In this document: positions 39,733-49,100 of the stretch, piece after piece | Layout of the letters: the number at the start of each line of letters is the position of its first letter | Numbering within the stretch: the first letter of the stretch is position 1 | Source: Phormidesmis sp. | Lineage (GTDB): Bacteria; Cyanobacteriota; Cyanobacteriia; Phormidesmidales; Phormidesmidaceae | NCBI GenBank assembly: GCA_049646425.1 | Contig: JBARVU010000141.1 | Span: 1-51,796, forward strand | Direction of reading: 5' to 3' | Length of the DNA: 51,796 bases | Notes under the pieces: generated by a model | The model's database searches: none | Told to the model about the DNA's origin: nothing | Seen by the model: the letters and a program-made list of their open reading frames with translations, nothing else | Program-made: the position numbers and the translations under genes

Positions 39733-39752
39733 CGTTCAGCACTTCTAACCTC

Positions 39753-39777
39753 AAATCGGGAATGTAAAATCGGGAAT
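39753..39777. repeat. 11-bp direct repeat AAATCGGGAAT x2 in the intergenic gap that splits PKS module 2
   Basis: Copies at 39753-39763 and 39767-39777. Confidence 0.8.
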
Positions 39778-39795
39778 ACAGACTATAAAAGAGAC

Positions 39796-42700
39796 TTACA
39801 AAGCAACCTCAGCAGTCGCATAGAGCGTCCAGCGGTCTGACGATGGGGCGGACGAACCGTCGCAGCCATGCACCTGAAAAGTCATCTTTTCCTCAGCCGG
39901 GTGAGTCAGCGTTGTTTGAATCTTTTGCTGACCTTGCTCAGATAAAAATAGGGGATGGTGAAGCTGCAAATTTGTCAGCTGGCGGGGTTTCTCTCCAAAG
40001 ACGGCCTCGGCAGCGGCCAAGGCCATTTCAACGTAGGCCGTATGCGGCATCACGATAGCCTCCCAGACGCGGTGGTCTTTGAGATAGGAAAGATAATGAC
40101 GATTCACATCGGCTTGCCAGATAGAGGTGTTGGGGCAGGTTGCTAGGCTGGTTAACCGATTGCCCAAGAGGAAATGAACTGGCAGCTGTGCGGTTGTTTC
40201 TGCTGTTGTATCGTTCTCAGTGGATGTTTGAGAACGGGTTGAGTCAATTTCGCGGTTTGCAGCGTTGATCCAATAGCGCTGCCGCTGAAACGGATAGGTC
40301 GGTAAATCAACTCGCTGTCTTGCATAGACGCGGTCAACTTCTGACCAATTGATGTTGAGCCCCTGCTGGTAAAGTTGACCAAGACTATTCAACAGTTGTC
40401 GCCAGTCCGCTGACTGTGACGAGGCCAGTGCCGGTTCCGGCGACGGTCGCAAACTGGGTACCCAGACTCCACTGTCTGAGGGCAGACACTGACAGCCCAT
40501 GCTCAATAACACTGGCCGGGGGCCAATCTCAACAAAGACGCGATAGCCCTGCTGGTAGAGCGTTTCCATCCCAGCCGCGAAGTTCACAGGCTGTCGTATC
40601 TGATGGCACCAGTAGTCAGCAGTCGCGATTTCTGTCGACACTCGCTGCCCGGTAACCGTAGACAGCATTTTGATCCGTGGTGGTGAGTAGGTGAGGGTTG
40701 TGGCGATCGCCTCAAAGTCAGCTAGCATAGGCGTCATCAGCGCCGAGTGGAAAGCGTGCGAGACGGAGAGCGGTTTGGTCTTAACCTCTGCCGCTGCGAG
40801 CCCCTGACAAACCCTCTGAACGGCCTCGCCATCCCCGGAGATAACCGTGCTTTGGGGGCCGTTGATAGCAGCAATATCGACCCGTTGGTTAGGTGCGTGA
40901 GCGGCGATCACCGCCTCCACCTGAGCCGCTGAAGCCAGCACCGACACCATCTCTCCGCCTGCCGGTAGGGCTTGCATTAACCGTCCTCGCGCCGCGATTA
41001 GCTTCAGCCCCTCTTCGAGACTCAAGACACCGGCCACGCAGGCTGCCACATACTCGCCAATGCTGTGGCCCATAACAACATCCGGTTCGATACCCCAGCT
41101 TTTCCACAGCTGCACCAGGGCATATTCCACGGCGAATAAAGCTGGTTGCGTGTAGGCCGTTTGGTCGATATGAACCGGATGGCGAGCCGACTGGGCGCCC
41201 GTCTGTGCTTGGGCTGGATAGAGAATCTCTAACAGCGAGCAGTCAAGGTAGGGCCGCAGAATCTCGTCACACTGTTCTAGAGCCTGACGAAAGACGGGGT
41301 GAGTTTGGTAAAGCTGTTCTCCCATGCCCACATACTGAGCTCCCTGGCCCGTGAACAGGAAAGCTACCTTCGGCGGCGTAGCGGCCACCGAGAAGTGGCC
41401 CCGAAAGTAACCTGCGGTATCCGCCTGCCCTGTTTCAGCAGCAGCTAGTTTTGCACCTAGTTCGGAGGTGGATCCCGCCACTATGGCGAGGCGGTGATTA
41501 AAGTGCGATCGCCCAGTGTTGGCACTAAAGCAAAGATCGGCTAGGGACAAGTCAGGCTGGGCTGCTAACTGCTGTCGATAGGCCGCTACGAGGGCCGTTA
41601 AAGCGTCCTCAGTTTTGGCCGAGAGAGTGAGCAGATGCAGCGGACGCTCAAGTGCGTTGGCCACAGGGTCGGGCTCAGCGTCAGGTGCAGGGGCCTCTGC
41701 CAGCACCACGTGAGCGTTGGTACCACTGGCCCCAAACGAGCTGACCCCAGCAATTCGAGGGGTATCGGCAATAGGCCAGGGCTGCAGCTGGGTCGGCACG
41801 ACCACCGGCAGATCTGCCCAGTTAATGTAGGGACTTGGCTGCCGCAAATGCAAGTGGGGCGCAATCTGCTGATGCTGGAGTTGCAGAACCGTTTTGATCA
41901 GTCCGGCTACCCCCGCTGCCGATTCCAGATGCCCCAGATTGGTCTTAGCAGAGCCCACGGTCAGCGGCTGCGCAGCCGGTCGCGCCGCGCCCAAAACGGC
42001 CCCGAGCGCTTTCATCTCAATCGGGTCTCCCAAGGCAGTGCCGGTACCGTGGGCCTCGACGTAGTTCACCTGCTCAGGGGCAATCTGAGCCTGGGTGATC
42101 GCCTGTCGAATCACCTGCTCCTGAGCGGTGCGGCTGGGCACTGTGAAACCACTGCTTGGCCCGTCTTGATTGACGGCCGACCCCCGAATCAGCGCCAAAA
42201 TGGGGTCGCCCGCTGCCACCGCTGCCGACAGGCGCTTCAGAACAATCACCCCACACCCTTCACCCCGACCGATGCCGTCGGCAGCCGTATCAAAGGTTTT
42301 ACACCGCCCGTCAGCCGACAACATTTTTGCTTTGGCGGTGCTGATCATACTGTCTGGCGACAGAATCAGATTGACGCCCCCGGCCAGCGCCATTTGACAC
42401 TCTCCTTGGCGCAGGCTCTGACAGGCTTGATGAACGGCCACCAGTGAAGAAGAACAAGCCGTATCAATTGCCAGAGCGGGACCTGTTGACCCCAGCGTGT
42501 AGGCAATCCGACCAGGGGCAGCGTTCAAGGGTAGGCCGGTGACGCCATAGGCTTGATAGTCTATCTCTTCCTCAGCCGTCGCTTGCTTCACCAGGTTGCC
42601 ATAGTCTTTGAGGGTGATGCCAACAAAGACCCCGGTCGGACTGCCAGCCAGCTGTTCTGGCACTTGCCCAGCCTGTTCTAGGGCTTCCCAGGTCACTTCC

Positions 42701-43089
42701 AACAGCAGGCGATGCTGAGGATCAATACTGACCGCCTCGCGGGGAGAGATTCCAAAGAATAGCGGATCGAACTCGTCTACCTGAGACAAAAAGCCCCCTG
42801 AGCGAGCGTACATTTTGCCTTTGGCCTCGGGGTCAGGGTCATAGTAAGCCTCCACGTCCCATCGCTCGGATGGAATCGTTGAAATCGCATCTCTCCCCGC
42901 CGCTAGCAGCTGCCAGAATTTTTCTGGAGAGGTTGCCTCGCCTGGAAACCGACAGCCCATCCCAATGATGGCAATAGGTTCTGTGCGGGCAGATTCCAGG
43001 GCATTTAATTTAGATTTCAACCGCTCAATCACCAGCACTGAGCGCTGTAAAGGAGAGAGCGTTTCAATATTTTCAACAGTGTTTTTCAT
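39796..43089 (-). CDS. PKS half-module: docking-KS-AT(malonyl)-DH N-terminal half
   Basis: N-terminal coiled-coil LSPLQRSVLVIERLKSKL; KS DTACSSS, HGTGT, GHLESAAG; AT GHSIG and HAFH. Ends with HFLLG...YLKDHRVWEAIVMPHTAYVEMAL...WTLYATAEVAL, i.e. the first DH hotdog only. Confidence 0.92.
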   Translation of the reverse strand: MKNTVENIETLSPLQRSVLVIERLKSKLNALESARTEPIAIIGMGCRFPGEATSPEKFWQLLAAGRDAISTIPSERWDVEAYYDPDPEAKGKMYARSGGFLSQVDEFDPLFFGISPREAVSIDPQHRLLLEVTWEALEQAGQVPEQLAGSPTGVFVGITLKDYGNLVKQATAEEEIDYQAYGVTGLPLNAAPGRIAYTLGSTGPALAIDTACSSSLVAVHQACQSLRQGECQMALAGGVNLILSPDSMISTAKAKMLSADGRCKTFDTAADGIGRGEGCGVIVLKRLSAAVAAGDPILALIRGSAVNQDGPSSGFTVPSRTAQEQVIRQAITQAQIAPEQVNYVEAHGTGTALGDPIEMKALGAVLGAARPAAQPLTVGSAKTNLGHLESAAGVAGLIKTVLQLQHQQIAPHLHLRQPSPYINWADLPVVVPTQLQPWPIADTPRIAGVSSFGASGTNAHVVLAEAPAPDAEPDPVANALERPLHLLTLSAKTEDALTALVAAYRQQLAAQPDLSLADLCFSANTGRSHFNHRLAIVAGSTSELGAKLAAAETGQADTAGYFRGHFSVAATPPKVAFLFTGQGAQYVGMGEQLYQTHPVFRQALEQCDEILRPYLDCSLLEILYPAQAQTGAQSARHPVHIDQTAYTQPALFAVEYALVQLWKSWGIEPDVVMGHSIGEYVAACVAGVLSLEEGLKLIAARGRLMQALPAGGEMVSVLASAAQVEAVIAAHAPNQRVDIAAINGPQSTVISGDGEAVQRVCQGLAAAEVKTKPLSVSHAFHSALMTPMLADFEAIATTLTYSPPRIKMLSTVTGQRVSTEIATADYWCHQIRQPVNFAAGMETLYQQGYRVFVEIGPRPVLLSMGCQCLPSDSGVWVPSLRPSPEPALASSQSADWRQLLNSLGQLYQQGLNINWSEVDRVYARQRVDLPTYPFQRQRYWINAANREIDSTRSQTSTENDTTAETTAQLPVHFLLGNRLTSLATCPNTSIWQADVNRHYLSYLKDHRVWEAIVMPHTAYVEMALAAAEAVFGEKPRQLTNLQLHHPLFLSEQGQQKIQTTLTHPAEEKMTFQVHGCDGSSAPSSDRWTLYATAEVAL

Positions 43090-43156
43090 TTTCTATGCTT
43101 GTGAATTTTGAAGGCCCGTGGCCCGCTACACAGCTTGTCGGCCAGGTCACACCGGC

Positions 43157-46100
43157 CTACTGCAACAAGGCTGCGAGTTCGTCATTAATCAGTGACTCAA
43201 GTTTGTCATCGGGGAGCTGTTGCACCTGAATTAAGGCTGTCTGCTCAAGCCCCATTGTCCTGTGGCCGTTCTTCTGGAGTCTTTCATCCTGGGGCGAGAC
43301 GCCGGGGTTAGAAACATTCGGAGGCAACCACTGCTCCCAAATGGCACAGCTGAGGCTCAGGATATTGGGAGACTCAATCGCGAGCGTCGCTGGCAAAGTA
43401 CAGCCCAGGCTCTCTTCTAGTCGCGTTTTAAGCTCTACTGCCATCAGAGAATCCATACCCATATCGAAGAATCCCTGATGTAGAGCCGGGAGCTGCTCTG
43501 AATCTAGTCCCAGCACGGCAGCGACTTCAGACTGCAGATAAGCAATCAGCTGCTCAAACCGATCTTCTAACGGTAGTGCGATGAGCTGTTGGAGAAGATC
43601 GCTCTGGGCCGGTGGGGCATCTACCGGGTAGGGCTCATCTGGACTGTCTGCCTGGTCAATCGCTGCCAACAATGCCCGATAGCCACGAGCATTGTACATA
43701 GCCTTAAAGAGAGACCAATCAACATTCGCAACCGTTGTTTGAGTGAGAGTAGCAGAACCCGTCGTCTGATCCTGGAGGGCACCGAGCAATTTTGCTAGTG
43801 CGGTCACGCCCTGATCGGGCTGTAGAGGATGTATCCCCATGCGGCTGAGATGCTTTTGGTCTTCCGAGGTCGCCATTCCCGTCGCCCACAGCCCCCAGTT
43901 GATACTAAGCGCAGGCAATCCCTGTGCTTGCCGGTAGTGAGCAAGCCCATCTATAAACTGGTTGGCCGCCGCATAGTGGGCCTGTCCGCTAGAGCCCCAG
44001 ACCGCCGCAATCGAAGAAAAGCCTACGAGAAAGTCGAGAGATAGGGTCTGTGTCAGCTGATGAAGAATCCAGGTGCCCAACAATTTAGGCCGTAAGACGG
44101 TTTCTAGCTGCGCCAGGGTCATGTCTGTAATCGAATTCAAGCTGCTTACGCCAGCGGCATGAATCACGCCCTTCAGCGGTGGCAGCGTGGCTAGCCGATG
44201 TTCAAACAAGTAGGTCATCTCTGTCGGGCTAGCGACGTCTGCCTGGATTACCTCCACCTGGGCACCGGCCTGCCGCATAGGGGCGATCGCCGCCCGCGCC
44301 TCAGCCGTTTCACCTCGCCGTCCGAGCAGTACTAAGCATCGCGCACCCTGAGCCACCATCCACTGAGCCACCTGCAATCCCAGACTGCCTAATCCCCCGG
44401 TGATCAGATAGGTTGCTTCAGGGTTCAACGAGAGGGGCGGTGACGCTGGTAAGGGGCGACGAGTTAGGCGAGCAACATACCGTTGGCCTTGACGAAACGC
44501 CAGCTGATCTTCTCGCAGTTTCTCTTTACTGAGAGGGCTATCAGCCGAGCTGCTAATCTCCTCAATCAGCCGTTGGATATCCTCCTCGCAGACGACCGCA
44601 GGCAAATCGATCAGGCCGCCCCACAGGTCAGGATGTTCCAGCGAGAGTACTTTGCCAAAGCCCCATAGAGGGGTTTGAGCAACTGCCAGCGGCGTAGCGT
44701 CCGTCGCGGGTTCTGTAACTGGCATCGCGGCCTGAGTCATCAGCCACAGTCGCGGCGAGGTCACCGCAGCAGAAATCACTGCCTGCACCAGCGGCAACAG
44801 ACTGCCGCAACCCTGTCGCTGGGCCTGGGATAGGGCTTCAGGACTTAACCTTGCCGGATCAGCCGCGTCTAAACTCCATAGATGTAGAATCCCCCGTAGT
44901 GGCACGCCCGCAGTTAAGTCGGCGGCTGCAAACAGGCGCATAAAGTCTTCCTGGCAGGCTGGATTCAGTACCCAGGTGCCATCTGCATTGGCTGTGTAGG
45001 TTTCTCCAGGGAAAACTAGCGTGCAGGTATATCCTTGAGCGCGCAACCGTTGGGCTAGGGTTTCACCGATACCCCTAGCATCTGCCAAAATCAGCCAGTG
45101 TCCGGATTGCGCAGACCCCAGAGGGGCCACTGGCGTTTGATCACAGGTCTGCCAGGTGAGCTGGTAGAACCAGTCTTCAACCGCAGTGGCCTTCACCTGT
45201 TGTCGGTGCTGCTGTACCAGAAGGGTGGAGAGTGCTGGAAGTAACGCTCTTTGCGCGTCTGAAAAATGACTCACCTGACTAAGATGCGCCGCTAGCTGAG
45301 CGCTGTCTCCTTTATCGATCAGCGTCATGATGGTTGAGGCTGCCGGGTCTGACACGGTGTGGTCAGGTGAAAAAGTACCTGCCTCATCGATCCAGTATCG
45401 CTGGCGCTGAAACGGATAGGTTGGCAGGGGCAAACGCCGCCGCACATAGTCCTGGTCAAAGCTTCGCCAGTCTACGGTCACGCCGCAGGTATACAGACTC
45501 GCCAGGCTCTTAAGCAGCTGTGACCAGTCTGCCTTTTGAGGGCTGAGCGTCGGCAGCCAGAGCCCTGCCTGAGCCGCAAGACACTGCCGTCCCATACTCA
45601 ACAAGGTGGGCTTGGGACCGATCTCGATGAAGGCTTCTGGTTCCCTCTCGGCGAGGGTTCTCAGCGCGGCAGAAAATCTCACCGGCTGGATTATTTGTTG
45701 GCACCAGTAGTCAGGCGTGGCGATATCATCGGTGGCCTGTCCGGTAGCACTGGAGATGAAACCAATCTTAGGAGAATGATAGCTAACCTCGGCGGCGACC
45801 CGGGCAAACGCGGCGACCATCGGCTCCATAAGCGGCGAGTGAAAGGCGTGGGAGACTGCCAACGCTTGAGTCTCCATCCTGGCTGTCTGCAGGCTGGCAA
45901 CAGCGGCCTCTACCGCTTCAGCGCTGCCTGAAATGACGGTGTTGTTGGGGCCATTGATAGCGGCGATCGCCACCGCTAAGCCATCAGCTTGAAGGATCGC
46001 CTCAACCTGAAAGGGCTCAGCCCAGACCACTGCCATTTTGCCCCCTGCGGGCAGATCCTGCATCAGTCTGCCTCGCTGAGCAATCAGCTTGAGGCCATCT

Positions 46101-49100
46101 TCGAGACTAAAGACGCCTGCCACACAGGCAGCTGCATATTCACCTACACTGTGCCCCAGCACCATATCGGGCACGACCCCCCAAGATTGCAACAGCTGAG
46201 CGATCGCGTATTCAAGTACGAACAGAGCAGGTTGAGTGTAAGCGGTTGCCTCTAACGCCATCGGGTCAATTGCCTTCCCTGGCATCGCTGGATACAAGAG
46301 ATCTATCAAGGAGTGCTGTAAGTAGGGCCGCAGCTTCTGATCGCAGTCCTGTAGAATATTGCGAAAGGTCGGCTGGGTTTCATAGAGCTGTCGCCCCATG
46401 TCGATATACTGCGACCCCTGCCCGGTAAAGAGAAAGGCAATTTTGGGAGAACTTTTCTGTGTGACCTCTCCTACTATGAAGCGATTTGATCGCTGCCCTT
46501 TAGCAACCCTCTGAAGCTGTTCTCGAAGTTGTTCAGAAGTGTCAACCCAGCTACAAAGTCGGTGTTCGAAGTGTGATCGCCCGACATTCGCTGTGAAACA
46601 CACATTGGCCAGCGAGCTATTGGGATGGGCTGCCAAATAGGTCTCATATCTCTCGGCGAGCATTCGCAGCGCCGGTTCGCTTCGAGCTGAGAGCGTAAAA
46701 CAGTGCTGCGGGCGCTCCACTGTTGGGCTGGCCGCCGATTGAGCGGGGGCCTCTGCTAGAACCACATGGGCATTGGTTCCCCCAAACCCGAAGGAACTGA
46801 TTCCTGCCAGTCGGGCCGTCTCCGTCCGAGGCCAGGGCTGTTCCTTGGTGGGAATGGCTAATGGCGTTCTAGCGAGTTCAATATAGGGATTGAGCTGTTT
46901 GAAATGAAGATGGGCCGGGATGGCCTCATGCTGTAGAGAGAGCACCCCTTTGATCAGCCCAGCAATGCCTGCTGCCGCTTCTAAATGCCCCAGATTGGTT
47001 TTGACTGACCCAATCCAGCAGCGCTGCTCAGGCGAACGACCCGGCACCAAAACGCTCTTGAGAGCATTCATCTCTATCGGGTCTCCCAACGAAGTGCCCG
47101 TGCCGTGAGCCTCTACGTAACCGATCTGGTCAGGGGTTACCCTGGCATTCTCTAAAGCCTGACGAATAACCGCTTGCTGAGCTGGCCCATTGGGGGCCGT
47201 CAGGCCATTGCTGCGCCCATCTTGATTGACGGCTGAGCCCCGGATTACCGCCAAAATAGGATCTCCATCTCGATGGGCATCGTCGACCCGTTTGAGCACC
47301 ACTACCCCGCAGCCTTCACCCCGAACATACCCATCTGCCTCTGCATCGAAGGTCTTGCAGCGTCCGTCGGGGGCCATCATTCGAGCCTGAGAAAACGTCA
47401 CTGTCATCTGGGGTGTGAGCACCAGGTTCACTCCCCCAGCCAGCGCCATTGAACAGTCTCCTTGCCTGAGGCTATGACAAGCCTGATGAACGGCCACCAG
47501 CGAAGAAGAACAAGCCGTATCCACTGACCAGCTCGGACCGCGAAAATCCAACAGATAAGAGAGACGGTTGGCGGCAATGCTCAGGGCATTCCCGGTACCT
47601 GAGTAGGCACTGAGCTGGGGCAGCTGGTTAAACTGCAGCTGGGCGTAATCCGAATGACTAATCCCCATGAAAACGCCCGTATCGCTGCCCGCTAGCTGAT
47701 CGGGTGCCTGACCCGCCTTTTCCAGCGCTTCCCAGCTGACTTCTAGCAACAACCGCTGCTGCGGATCCATCTGTTTGGCTTCCCGCGCGGAAATGCCAAA
47801 AAACTGAGGATCAAACTGGTCAACCTGGTCTAGAAAACCGCCCCAGCAGGTGTTCATTTTACCGGGTGAGGCCGGGGTAGATTCGTAGAAATGATCGGTA
47901 TCCCACCGGCTGGCTGGCACGGTTTGAATTGCATCGACACCCGTTTGCAACAGCTGCCAAAAGGCTTCTGGACTGTCAGCCCCCGGAAACCGGCAGCCGA
48001 GACCGATGATTGCAATTTCGACTGTCTCAGCGGGCAGTTCAGCGCCCGATCTAACCTGAGCCTCTACCGGCAGAGGTACTGCCGCAGGCGCTGACGCCAG
48101 CTGTTGGGCCAGGCTGGCAATCGTTGGATAGTCGTATAGCAGCGTCGGTGAAAGGGAATACCCTAGCCATGACGCCAGCTCACCCGACAGATTTATCGCG
48201 ACCACCGAGTCCAGGCCGTAGTTGGCCAGCGGCTGGTGGCTGTCAATTTCGGTTGGGTGAATCTCTAACTGTTCTGCCACTTTTGAGATTAGCCAATCGG
48301 CAATAACCGCAGCGGTTAAAGGAGGCGGTGGGCTATCGATATTGCTTTGAGATAGGGCTGGCTTTGTAGGGACACTGCTGACTTGCCCTGTTTTAACCTG
48401 TTCTAGGAGAGACCCGATCTGAGATTCTAAGTCCCGGAATTCAGTTGTTTTGCTAGGATTCACACTCCAATCTGCTACCACATCTAGACTTCCCGACAGA
48501 AATTTGTCTCGACAGGCAGTGCGTCGAACTTTCCCACTGGAGGTCTTAGGCAAGCTGGCTGTTTTTAGCAGTAGGACGGCGTAGGTCTGGAGGTTGTGCT
48601 GATCTGAGATGGCCCGGCGGATTGCGGTGATCACCGCGTTTGAGTCGAGTTTGCGTAAATAGGAGCGTTCTACCTCCTGGGCGATAACCAGCTTTTCACG
48701 GTTGTCAATCTCAACCGAGAAAGCCACTCCGCAACCCGTCCGCAGAGCCGGATCAGCCTGTTCGACCGTCAATTCAATATCTTGAGGATAGTGATTTTGG
48801 CCGCGAATGATGATCATATCCTTGAGCCGCCCTGTCACAAACAGCTCCCCTTCATGCAAGAATCCCAAGTCTCCCGTCCGCAGAAAGGGGCCTTCACCTG
48901 TCTCACTTAGGTAAGCCTGAAAGATCTCCCGAGTCTGCTCTGGCTGATGCCAATAGCCTTGAGCAACGCTGGGGCCGGACACCCAGATTTCCCCTACCGT
49001 GTCGTCCGCGCAACGAGCTAAAGATTCTGGATGAACAACCGCAATTGTTTGATCGCTCGGACTTTTGCCGCAGCTAACAATCTCTCGCAGATCTGAAGAC

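Noticed and set aside
39733..39798. Split of PKS module 2 as a sequencing error or pseudogene
   Set aside because: The two genes share a frame, but the gap contains TGA, TAG and TGA after the TAA. The downstream gene starts exactly at a typical LLM N-terminus with GAGG upstream.
41635..42447. 270-aa + strand ORF and the many other 60-130 aa ORFs inside the synthetase genes
   Set aside because: Antisense or alternate-frame shadows of GC-rich coding sequence, with no recognisable motifs.
2300..47520. Short near-identical DNA stretches shared among A domains and among KS domains
   Set aside because: They coincide with conserved core motifs of paralogous domains and are not mobile elements or independent repeats.
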